A stretch of 64,000 nt of DNA, taken from Haliotis rufescens. Lineage: Eukaryota. A model generated the notes under the pieces. That model searched no databases, had not been told where the DNA came from, and was given only the letters and a program-made list of their open reading frames with translations. Made by a program: the position numbers and the translations under genes. The stretch is from positions 41,540,001 through 41,604,000 of the forward strand of contig NW_025963791.1 of NCBI RefSeq assembly GCF_023055435.1, written 5' to 3'. Shown here piece after piece: positions 1-10,900 of this stretch. Position 1 is the first letter of the stretch, and each line of letters starts with the position of its first letter.

Positions 1-331
1 GCCATTCAAACAATTTGCATAAAAAAATGTGTTTAGTGCCTGACGCAGCACAGCAGTACTCCTGCCATGCGACGTCAGCCTGTAAACCAATCAGACAATC
101 AAGTGATCGGCGAACCAGAAAATCCAGTGACACGAGAGTACCATTACTTTGTTAATTTTGAATTACGTCTGCTGTGTACAAGTGCAGATCTTTTGCTGTT
201 AATATAGGTGAAGAAAAATGTTAAGAAATATATTCGTTTTGTAATTTTTTTTCAAACGATTTACGTAAGAGGGGTGAAAACATATCCCTCCTCCCTGTGC
301 TATGCCATAAGCCCTACTCATCGAGTATACA

Positions 332-472
332 GGGTGGGTATACAGTAGTCTAGTGGGTAAAGCGTTCGCTCGTCACACCGAAGACCCGGATTCGATTCCC
401 AACAAGGGTTCCCCGCCGTGATATTGCTTGAATATTGGTAAAAGCGGCGTAAAATCAAACTCACTCACTCAC
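332..472 (+). mobile_element. tRNA-derived SINE, family A (internally deleted copy)
   Basis: A/B-box-like TAGTCTAGTGG...GATTCGATTCC, 3' tail GATATTGC..AATATTG..AAAAGCGGCGTAAAA+(ACTC)n; flanked by duplication TCGAGTATACAGGG (321-334, 473-486). Confidence 0.85.
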
Positions 473-569
473 TCGAGTATACAGGGCACACAATTTGACC
501 AGCTGTCAAATACGCCGCAATTCGCTGTGTACAGTTGCCTCCCTTAGCTGTACCAGGATGTGTTATTCG

Positions 570-700
570 TGGGTTAGAATCCCAGGATTGAAATGGTCCT
601 TGATTTGTCAGCCCCTGCTCGTGGGATTTCACCAACCTGCATAACTTTGGAGTGACAGAAATACTGTTCAAAGAGACTTTATAAGTAACTAACTCACTAC
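570..700 (+). mobile_element. degenerate SINE family B remnant
   Basis: GTGGGTTAGAATCCC...TTTGTCAGC..TGCTCGTGGGATTTCACC..ACCTGCAT matches the intact family B copy at 729. Confidence 0.55.
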
Positions 701-728
701 ACAATACAGCGGATTACTAAACTCACTC

Positions 729-1023
729 GGGGGCACGGGTGGCCCAGTCGTCTAAGGCACCGCGACTCGCTGAGTTGCGTCCCTTGGGCACGCCAGAAAC
801 CTATGATTGTGGGTTCGAATCCCGGTTGGCCCCGATTAAGTTTCTAGGTTTGTTAGCACCATACGCGTGCTCGTGGGTTTCACCGAAGTGGTAAACGTCT
901 AAGACCTGCATCACTTCGGGCTTTCCTCCCACATTAAGCTGACACGCAATGATATAACTGTCATACTGTCAAAAGCGGCGTTTAACCCAACTCACTCACT
1001 AAACTCACTCACTCACTCACTCA
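729..1023 (+). mobile_element. tRNA(Leu-like)-headed SINE, family B
   Basis: A box TGGCCCAGTCG (740-750), B box GGTTCGAATCC (812-822), tail AAAAGCGGCGTTTAACCC+(ACTC)n; 13-bp TSD ACTAAACTCACTC (716-728, 998-1010); three other copies in window. Confidence 0.88.
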
Positions 1024-1089
1024 TGTGGCAGGTTAGACGGACATGTTGCACCAACGTTAATAATTCACATCTCTAGTGATACACACAGA

Positions 1090-1240
1090 TACCAAACTAT
1101 GTAAGTTGCCGGACTTGCCGATTGACAATGTCTTTGTCAAATTTGGGGATAGACCATTACGGCCAGTAGTAGGTATCCCCATGGGTACCAGCTATGCCCG
1201 TCTGATAGCTGATCTGTTTCTCTTTACATATGAATCGGAA
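1090..1240 (+). pseudogene. Penelope-like element reverse transcriptase fragment
   Basis: IDNVFVKFG...VVGIPMGTSYARLIADLFLFTYES (PLE RT GIPMG motif). Confidence 0.75.
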
Positions 1241-1359
1241 TCTGGCACCTTGGTCGGAACCTGGACCATAACGGCGCAGAATGGAAAGACATTAGGTAAC
1301 TGTAGTAGGGTTCAGTGAACCCTAGAAAGCAGTTACGACACCACCGATAGTGCAGGATA

Positions 1360-1500
1360 CACTCACCTTTGGCGAAAACCTGGTGTCACCACTTATTTAA
1401 TAGTGATTCATAAACACATGCTGATGATGTAGTCGGAGTCATACAATGGTGGAGATTTCTTAAGAATATGGAAAGGATATATGTCGCTTTTATTTCACCA
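1360..1500 (-). repeat. dispersed repeat homologous to 9085-9240 (probable DIRS-type terminal sequence)
   Basis: Reverse complement of 9085-9240; core ATAGTGATTCATAAACAC also at ~13480, ~15500, ~20495. Confidence 0.55.
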
Positions 1501-1721
1501 GAAAATCTAGGGTTCACAGGCGGAATGTAAACAACACAGGTCACTATTAAAAATCGACTACCTATTTTCATGGCATACTGTAGAATGTTTAATGCTGATA
1601 ACAACATCCTAATTCTCAGTTTCGGTTTCTCGTAAATCTACAATATCACACGAACTGAAAAAAAACCTAATGAAACTCCAAGCTACTTACTACATAATAT
1701 ACAAACACTCAAAGATAAAAC

Positions 1722-1988
1722 GACCCGCGAAGTTCCGGGGTAGAGAATAGGTCCTCAGCAACCCATGCTTGCCTTGAAAGGCGACTATGCTTGTCATAAG
1801 AGGAGACTAACGGGATCGGGTGGTCAAGCTTGCTGACTTGGTTGATCCATGTCATCATATCCCAATTTCGTGGATCAATGCTCATGATGTCAGTCACTGG
1901 ATTGTCTGGTCCAGACTCGATTATTTACAGACCGCCGTCATATAGCTGGAATATTGCGGAGTGCGGCGTTAAACAACAAACAACAACA
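1722..1988 (+). mobile_element. SINE-like family C (no tRNA head)
   Basis: ~270-bp element starting GACCCG(T/C)GAAG, four full copies in window, tail GCTGGAATATTGC..AGTGCGGCGTTAAAC+(CAA/AACC)n. Confidence 0.85.
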
Positions 1989-2395
1989 TACCAAATGGTT
2001 ATTGGTGGTTGTTTGCAGACATGTTTCCTCGGGGTTAGCTTGTGTGTGATGTGATGGGGAAACACAGTCGGTGAGTCTCCACTGCTTGGTAGTGCCGAGC
2101 TATTGGACGGCATGTTGTGTTTCTGTTGAGACTCGATGTTCGATGAGGCCGAAGGTATTTTCCGTTTGATCCTTCTTTTTCGTTGGGTTAGATGCTAAAG
2201 CTGTACTCATTCAAACATCTGGATTACATTAGAATTCTTTCTTTATTTCTCCATAAATCACCGACGGTGGTTCAAGAGTATATATACAGTAAATTACGCC
2301 CGGGGGCGTCCGGGCAATGCCAGGGAGCGTCCGGGAGAATGATACTAAAAAATAAAGTGTATTCTATATAATTGTGTTCTTGTATTAATTATACA

Positions 2396-2717
2396 AAATA
2401 ACATATAGCTAGAAAATAATTACATACACCCCTATTCTTTTCAAATGGTGAATCTGCGAAGCAAATACGATTTCATTTTATTCGAACTGACGAGATAGTC
2501 GTAACGTAGGCTTTGGTTCATCTGGGGCTTTCAGTATTACTTATGAAATAGTATACAGAATATGACACTATAAATGTACATTATTTTTGTTCCATAAGCA
2601 AAATTACACTGTATCCTTCAAAGCCTACGTTACGACTATCTCGTCAGTTCGAATAAAATAAAATCGTATTGAAAAGAATAGGGGTGTATGTAATTATTTT
2701 CTAGCTATATGTTATTT
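2396..2717. repeat. long inverted repeat (MITE/foldback-like), ~100-bp arms
   Basis: 2396-2515 is the reverse complement of 2619-2717 apart from a ~19-bp indel. Confidence 0.85.
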
Positions 2718-2722
2718 CCGGA

Positions 2723-2809
2723 TAATTATTATTATTGTTATATTTAAAAAGTAAATACTAATACAAATAAAAACGTTTTACTTTTTAAATATAACAATAA
2801 TAATAATTA
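2723..2809. repeat. AT-rich palindrome, ~33-bp arms
   Basis: TAATTATTATTATTGTTATATTTAAAAAGTAAA / TTTACTTTTTAAATATAACAATAATAATAATTA. Confidence 0.85.
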
Positions 2810-2998
2810 AAGCTGCAAGCAGCAATGGCGGGCTTCAAGTAACACTGCGCACAAACGTCCATGTTCGAATCCCAAACGGGTTTCCTTGTACCAAATCCGT
2901 CAAATGTAGGCACCACTTACAGGGTATCGCCGCTACGAAATTGTCGTGTGCAGGGTTGTCCAAGTCTGTTCTAAACCCATTTCCAACCTTGAAAAATT

Positions 2999-3123
2999 AA
3001 AGCTTGTACATCCAGCCTTATTAGGCTTATGAGACACATTAAAATAACTATGTATTTTCACAATGAATACATAGTTATTTTAATGTGTCTCATAAGCCTA
3101 ATAAGGCTGGATGTACAAGCTTT
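2999..3123. repeat. perfect palindrome, ~58-bp arms, 9-nt loop
   Basis: AAAGCTTGTACATCCAGCC...TATGTATT-ttcacaatg-AATACATA...GGCTGGATGTACAAGCTTT. Confidence 0.9.
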
Positions 3124-3474
3124 TATTTTGAACCTTTAAGATGTCAGATTTTGACCGCTTGTGCATGTGACAGGAAAATAAACATTTCTCTCACTCTCTG
3201 TATTATCTTTTATTCCATTATTATTCATTTCCACCACTGTTGTGCCTCTTGCACACTATGGAATCTGTTCAGATGATATTTGAGACTGATCTTTCTCTGG
3301 GGTTGAATGTTTCAATAGTTATACCTTGAACACATCCTACACCGGGATCCCCGGGACTTATGTTGTTACATTAATTGTGGCATTTAGGGGATATTCTCGT
3401 CTACCTATCATTTTAGAAAATTGCTTTTTTTTATCAATGGGATTTTAGCAAAAGTAAACAAAAAAATGTCCCTT

Positions 3475-4832
3475 AGCTGGCATGGAGACAAACTGTTTCA
3501 TATAACGTCACTCAGGTGGCATGGAGACAAACTGTTTCATATAACGTCACTCAGGTGGCAAGGAGACAAACTGTTTCATATAACGTCACTCAGGTGGCAA
3601 GGAGACAAACTGTTTCATAAAACGTCACTCGGGTGGCAAGGAGACAAACTGTTTCATATAACGTCACTCAGGTGGCAAGGAGACAAACTGTTTCATATAA
3701 GATCACTCAGGTGGCAAGGAGACAAACTGTTTCATATAACGTCACTCAGGTGGCAAGGAGACAAACTGTTTCATATAACGTCACTCAGGTGGCAAGGAGA
3801 CAAACTGTTTCATATAACGTCACTCAGGTGGCATGGAGACAAACTGTTTCATATAACGTCACTCAGGTGGCAAGGAGACAAACTGTTTCATATAACGTCA
3901 CTCAGGTGGCATGGAGACAAACTGTTTCATATAACGTCACTCAGGTGGCATGGAGACAAACTGTTTCATATAACGTCACTCAGGTGGCAAGGAGACAAAC
4001 TGTTTCATATAACGTCACTCGGGTGGCAAGGAGACAAACTGTTTCATATAACGTCACTCAGGTGGCAAGGAGACAAACTGTTTCATATAACGTCACTCAG
4101 GTGGCAAGGAGACAAACTGTTTCATATAACGTCACTCAGGTGGCAAGGAGACAAACTGTTTCATATAACGTCACTCAGGGGGCAAGGAGACAAACTATTT
4201 CATATAACGTCACTCAGGGGGCAAGGAGACAAACTGTTTCATATAACGTCACTCAGGTGGCAAGGAGGCAAACTGTTTCATATAACGTCACTCAGGTGGC
4301 ATGGAGACAAACTGTTTCATATAACGTCACTCAGGTGGCAAGGAGGCAAACTATTTCATATAACGTCACTCAGGTGGCATGGAGACAAACTGTTTCATAT
4401 AACGTCACTCAGGTGGCAAGGAGACAAACTGTTTCATATAACGTCACTCAGGTGGCAAGGAGACAAACTGTTTCATATAACGTCACTCAGGTGGCAAGGA
4501 GACAAACTGTTTCATATAACGTCACTCAGGTGGCAAGGAGACAAACTGTTTCATATAACGTCACTCAGGTGGCAAGGAGACAAACTGTTTCATATAACGT
4601 CACTCAGGTGGCAAGGAGACAAACTGTTTCATATAACGTCACTCAGTGGCAAGGAGACAAACTGTTTCATATAACGTCACTCAGGTGGCAAGGAGACAAA
4701 CTGTTTCATATAACGTCACTCAGGTGGCAAGGAGACAAACTGTTTCATATAAGATCACTCAGGTGGCAAGGAGACAAACTGTTTCATATAACTTAACTCA
4801 GGTGGCATGGAGACAAACTGTTTCATATAAAG
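3475..4832. repeat. 39-bp minisatellite, ~35 copies
   Basis: Unit GGTGGCAAGGAGACAAACTGTTTCATATAACGTCACTCA, near-perfect; 1-bp deletion at ~4646. Confidence 0.97.
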
Positions 4833-5195
4833 TCATATGATTAATCAAGGCGTGATACATGTCTTGTCACGTCAGGCGGTAAATACGTATGTTGTTGAAA
4901 TAGTACAATGTGAATGTTGGTGATGTAAACTATTGGAATTCCACCAGCATGAGTAACTAAACGAGTAAGTGAACGTGCCTGGTGGTATGCTGTGAATCAT
5001 AATAATATATATAGTTGGGTGTTGTATTCACCTCCCCTGAGTGTTCAAGATATGAGTCGGAAGATTTATTCCACCTGTTGGAAACAATTAATTCAGATGT
5101 CGTGTGACTCAGTTAACGTGAATGTACTTGTGCATCTTAACGCTAAAAGGGGCAAATTACTATATTAATATATACTTGATATAAAATGTTTAAAT

Positions 5196-5462
5196 GAGTG
5201 ATTGGTTTGTTGTTTAACGCCGCACTCAGCAACATCCCAGCTATATGACGGCGGTCTGTAAATAATCGAGTCTGGACCAGACAATCCAGTGATTGACATC
5301 AAGAGCATCGATCCACGCAATTGAGATACGGTGACATGTGTCTACCACGTCAGCGAGCCTGGCCACACGATCCCGTTAGTCGCCTCTTACGACAAGCATA
5401 GTCACCTTTTACGGCAAGCATGGGTTGCTGAAGACCTATTTTAACCCGGATCTTCACGGGTC
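5196..5462 (-). mobile_element. SINE-like family C
   Basis: Reverse complement of the 1722 element; imperfect flanking duplication ACTTGATA(T)AAAAT. Confidence 0.85.
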
Positions 5463-5599
5463 CACTTGATAAAAATATTCCAAAGAATTTGATATCAATG
5501 TGTACGAAATAAGACATGAATTAGACCCAGAATATGTTTTATGTTATTTAAATTTACCAAGAGAGTGGAAAAATCACGATACTAGAAGAGGTAACAATT

Positions 5600-7480
5600 A
5601 TAGTCATTACTTAGATTATGTAAGAATATGAATTTATGCATCTGTAATTGACGTATACGGAAAAAAATAAATAAATTTTTTTGGCAAAACAACGTGTGAG
5701 GATAAGAGTTTAATTGACTATGTTATTGCATATCTCCCTCATCCCAGCCTCCGTTTTGAAATTTAATCCTCTATTCTAGGATGTGCAGTGTCCTATTCTG
5801 TATACATTGAAATTGTGTAATGTTAAAATTCATTTAACCTCTGTCACAGATGATGTTACTGCTGGTCGAATAGATATTAAAGATCAGCCAAAACAGGACC
5901 AGTCAGAGCACTCTGTAAAATTGTATGGAGACATCGATATTGAGAAAATTAAACATTTGACCCAGTTAGCCGAATGAGTTGAGGAAGGTCAAACAGACTC
6001 AGTTGGTTTAATGAATCGGCTAACTGACGACACAACGCACGTGCTGATAGCTGTTGCCCGTGCAACATTTGGAGTTAGGACAAGCCGTACTGACGCACAC
6101 CACAAGGAAAACGTTATTACTATGCTCAACAGAAATCCTTGCTTTGGTAAAAGAATGCAAAGAAACTATATCAAAGCCAAACGTAATTTCAAAAGAAGAA
6201 AAGATGCAGTAGATAAGCTTTCCTTTTACCAACAGTCAAGGGCTTGTAAAAATATTTATAAACAGAAACAGAAATAAATCTAAAAATAAATCTAGTAAAG
6301 AATTAAAATTTAAAATGACAAATTCGCCAAAAGACTTTTGGAAGTTATTTAACCCGTAATCTAATGTGAACTCTAAAGAAGAAAATGCCCCAATATTTTT
6401 TCAAAAGCCTAAATGGAACTATTCATAGTGATAACTTACATGCAGTAGATTAAATAAAAGTATCGATTCACTCCGATGATGATGTACTAATTGCAGGACC
6501 TGTGAAGATTCCGGGGTAGAATAGGTCTTCAGCAACCCATGCTTGCCGTAAAAGGTGACTATGCTTGTCGTAAAAGGCGACTAACGGGATCGGGTGGTCA
6601 GGTTCGCTGACTTGGTTGATGCATGTCATCGATCCCAATTGCGTGGATCGATGCTCATGATATTAATCACTGGATTGTCTGGTCCAGACTCGATTATTTA
6701 CAGACCGCCGTCATATAGCTGGAATATTGCTGAATAATTGCTGTTAAACAACAAACCAATCAACCAACTAGTTGCAGGTGTATCCAAAGTTGAGATTAAA
6801 AGACGCCATACAAATCGTTGAAACGTAATAAGTCTGCTGGAATAGATGTTATAGTGAATAATGAATATTTAAAAAAAGATCCTTTGATATTAAGGGTAGC
6901 CTATATGTAATCTTATTTAACCATATATATAACTAAGGTGTTATATCAGACGCATGGGTCACGGGGATAATCAGACCAATATACAAGGAAAAGGGGGATG
7001 TTTGAGATCCAGACTAGCATAGGTCAGTTAACAATTTCAGCTGTTGTGAGAAACTCTTCACAAGACTTACGAAATTTGTTAACAGTAACAATATAACTAC
7101 ATCAGCTCAATCCGACGTTCGAAAGGGTTTCTTAACCATTGATAACATTTTTGTAATGCAAATGCTCCTGCAAATTATGAATGTTGCCCAAATAATTAAT
7201 TTGTGCTTTTATTGACTTATCTGAGGCATTGGAAAACGTTTGGCGAGTTGGATTATGTTATAAACTTTTAAATTCTGGAGTTAAAGGAAAACCTTCAAAC
7301 AGTTATATTTGACTATAACCCCAAATCTTTACAAAAGTCGTTGTATGCATTTGAATGTTACTGCTGTTATTAGTTAATCTACCAAAAACAAAAGTACTTA
7401 TATTTGGTGGAGGGCCAGCCCAAAATAGCCGTTTGACCTTTGGCCTTGGCGAAAATAAATTTGAAAGAGAAGATTTTTAT
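5600..7480 (+). pseudogene. highly decayed non-LTR retrotransposon ORF2 (CR1-group APE+RT)
   Basis: Remnant motifs KSLIDYVI, GIIRPIYKEKGD, QSDVRKGFLTIDNIFV, VNLPKTKVLIFG; many stops/frameshifts; interrupted by SINE C. Confidence 0.7.
6497..6766 (+). mobile_element. SINE-like family C inserted in LINE
   Basis: Full copy; 12-bp TSD ACTA(A/G)TTGCAGG (6486-6497, 6767-6778). Confidence 0.88.
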
Positions 7481-7484
7481 GATT

Positions 7485-8110
7485 TCTTTAGGTTTAAAAT
7501 TACATGGGAACAGATTATTAACGCTGGTATTCACAGTTTAAAAGGTAAACCATCATCACAGAAGTTACCGATCACGTCTGCTATTCTTCTGAAGATACGT
7601 CAAAATTTAGACCTGACCTCACCGTTCAATATAGCTTTCTGTACGCCGTTAACCTCCAATTTGAAAAATCAAAGCCCTGACAAGCAGTTGTGTATTCGTG
7701 ACTTCACATGGTATAGTGATGAAGTGCTCTTAACAATTAGACAAGCAAAACTATTCAGTTTGGTCAAAGGATTCTGCAAGTTCCCTTGTGTAACATGGCC
7801 GGCTCAATCATGTGTCCGGTAACAGCTTTACAATCTCTTCGGCAGGTGCAGAGCATGACACCGGTTAACTGTGTGACTCACGATATATTTGTCAAGGCGT
7901 TGCGCAGTGTGCTAGCGACGTGTGGGTTATCACCTCAAAACTACAGTGGACATTCTTTCCGGTGTGGTGATTGTACTTTTGCTTTGAATATCGGCATGCC
8001 ACAAGTGCTGATAAAATTACACGTGACTGGAAGTCAAACGCCTTTGAGAGTTATATCACAGTTGTAAAGAACTTGCACTGTAAATTCGCACGAGCTTTAG
8101 TTGTAGCAGC
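7485..8110 (+). pseudogene. tyrosine recombinase relic of a DIRS/Ngaro-type retrotransposon
   Basis: QKLPITSAILLKI...CPVTAL...NYSGHSFR...IKLH-(R)DWKSNAFESY (HxxR and catalytic Tyr region), frameshifted. Confidence 0.8.
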
Positions 8111-8159
8111 TAGCTTAAAGTAATAAAACCCAAACAAATAAAATCAAACATAGACTAGG

Positions 8160-8890
8160 GTATTATTATTATTATTATTATTCTTATTAACTTGGTATTT
8201 ATATAGCGCTAGTTTCCAGACTGACTGCTCAAAAGCGCGCTTGAAGCTCGCACAGTTGGTTTGGCCGTATATATTTTGCTGAAGAAGTGTGTTTTCAGAT
8301 TTTTTTTTGAAACTGTTAAGTTCACTGAGCATTCTGAGTTCTTTGGGCAGGGCGTTCCAAAGAAGAGGACCAGCCCTCGCAAAGCAGCGATCCCCGTAGG
8401 AGATTGTTCTTGATGGTGGCACTTCAAGCAACAACTGATCACAAGATCGTAGGGTTCTTGTTGGCTGGTATGATGAGATCCTCCAGATAGCTTGGAGCAA
8501 GACCATGCTGTGCCTTTAACACAAGAACGAGAACCTTGAACCGTATTCTCTGTTCTACTTTAAGCCAGTGTAGACCTTTGAGAATCGGTGTGATGTGCTT
8601 ACAGCGTTTGGCTCTTGTGATAAGTCTGGCAGTTTTGTACCCGCTGAAGCTTTTGGATCAAGTGTTTTGGTAATCCTACCAGGAGGGCATTGCAATAGTC
8701 AAGGTGTGATAGCACGCACGCTTGTACAATAGTAGTGGCTGTCTTGGTGTTAAGATAGCGTCGCACTTGACTGATATTCCTGATGTTAAGAAATGCTTTT
8801 TTGCAGACTTTGTTGATGTGTGTCTCGTAGGTCAGGTTTGAATCAAAGATAACCCCAGGGTTTCTTGCTTGGTTGCTTGGCTCAATAACA
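8160..8890 (-). mobile_element. L2-clade LINE 3' fragment
   Basis: YQPTRTLRS...YGDRCFARAGPLLWNALP...FKKNLKTHFF, 3' end GCGCTATATAAATA+(AAT)n tail. Confidence 0.85.
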
Positions 8891-9289
8891 ATTATGACAA
8901 CAGTTTTCGGGATTTGGAGGTATTTTTACATTTTTACATTGTTTTAACACATAAATAATTTATTGTCAATTAGATATTGACCTATTCCCCAACGCGGTTG
9001 TTTGTCTTTTCTTGATAAGAGTTAAACTAAAAATGGTTTTATGGGTCTGACTTTTATCATGTGTTATTATGTCCATAATAGTAAATACCCTGTAAATAAA
9101 GCGACAAAACCCTTTCCATATCCAATAGAAGTCTCTGCATAAAGCAGAGTCGATTGTACGATTCCGACTATATCATAAGCATGTGTTTATGAATCACCAT
9201 CAAATAGTGATGATACCAGGTGTTCGCGAAAAGGTAAGGTAGTCTGACCCACCAGGGGCACCCGTTATTAACACATGCAAAGGCAAGTC

Positions 9290-10900
9290 AATTGTTCACC
9301 TGAAAAAACACGGAAACATAGGTACAAGTCAAAATAGGGAATTGCATCGGACATAATTTTGGTAACTGATATGTCAAATTTGGAAATGTCCTCCACATGT
9401 CTACAATAAAACTTTTTGAAAGCTTTACTGGTGCCTTGAATGTTTTAACCTTGGTCAAACAACTTCTGACCAAGAGTCGTATAACTCTCTTTAAAATCTT
9501 TGTAAAAAGGGCATGCTCGATTGTATCTCAAAAGTTGTGAAATATAAACACCAAAGGCTATAGCTGCTGGAATATTGCTCGACATGAAGGGAAAGTTGAC
9601 TATTGGAAAGTTGAAGTCATCCCTCTTGTCATACAGTCTTGTGGAGAGTGTTTTGCAACTCTGAATCTTTAGGGTTGGTTGGTTGGTTGGTTGGTTGGTT
9701 TGTTGTTTAACGCCGCACTCAGCAATATTCCAGCTATATGACGGCGGTCTGTAAATAATCGACTCTGGACCAGACAATCCAGTGATTGACATCATAAGCA
9801 TCGATCCACGCAATTGGGATCGATGACATGCATCAACCAAGTCAGCGAGCCTGACCACCCGATCCCGTTAGTCGCCTTTTACGACATGCATAGTCGCCTT
9901 TTACGGCAAGTATCGGTTGCTGAAGACCTATTCTACCCCGGAATCTTCACGGGTCAGATCTAAATATGAAACAGATGAGGCGGTCTCACTGGTCTCCGTT
10001 ATTTCTAGTTCAGATGGATAAATCAGTGGAAAGGAATTGCCTATTTGATGGTTATTGAACGACACCAGAACTTCAACTTACCTGAAGCTTAATTTAAACT
10101 TCTTGGCCAAATTACCTTGTTTTGACTTTGCCAATCCGAGCAGAAATTCCGATTCATATACCTAAAGAAACAGATCCGCAAGAAGGGGAGCACTATTGGT
10201 GCTCATCGGGATGCCTACTTCTTGCCTCAAGGTCCTACCCCAAAATTTTACGTAGATGTTATCAATGTTGAAGTCCAGCATTTCACATATTGTCTTGATA
10301 AACTTCAGTAGGCATTCGCTTTCGTTTTTCACAAATTGTCCTGAACCTCTGATATAGATACGTAACTGTATCTGTGTTCACCGAGTTTTGTAACAAAAAC
10401 CCCATGAATCAAGGAGTGCGTTTTCGCTTAAATGTGTCATGTGAGATAGTGGTGTACAGTTGAAAAATCAAATATTTTGACAGAATGGAACTTGGTTCTT
10501 TACTGAGATTGCAAAAGGTTAAGCCAATCCTTTGAGCTTTTAAGAATCCACATGGTATTAATTCCACTGGTCTCAACATATATCTCTTTGTACAGAATTT
10601 ATGGAGCTTTGGAATCCAGTACAAAAGAGGAATGGACATGTCTTCAGGTTTTAGAGTCAAGTCAAAAAGTAGACCGTATTGATTTATGGTTTTGGCAGAT
10701 TTCTTCCTCAGTTAAAATGCTGTCCTTATATGTAGCATTATTTGATATGTCATCTATACCAAGTTCTTTGATTAAACAGTCAATGAAGTGACGCTTACAT
10801 ATAAGGGTATGTTATTTGAGGCCTTGTCAGTGTGAACAACTACAGACGTTTCCTGTAGGGCAGTCACACTTTGGATGACACCTGGCTGGGACAACAATAG
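9290..10900 (-). pseudogene. Penelope-like element RT, decayed
   Basis: LYWIPKLHK, VGIPMSTNSAPLLADLFL, SYLDL, LYDKRDDFNFPIVNFPFMSSNIP..GVYISQLLRY; interrupted by SINE C. Confidence 0.85.
9673..9955 (-). mobile_element. SINE-like family C inserted in Penelope element
   Basis: Full reverse-complement copy with (AACC)n tail. Confidence 0.88.

Noticed and set aside
729-830. Functional tRNA genes
   Set aside because: tRNA-like heads continue into SINE bodies with tails and TSDs; no intact cloverleaf or Pol III terminator
3421-4840. 417-aa and 387-aa repeat-protein ORFs; CRISPR-like appearance
   Set aside because: Open frames follow trivially from a stop-free 39-bp unit; a 1-bp deletion switches frames; there are no unique spacers and no cas genes
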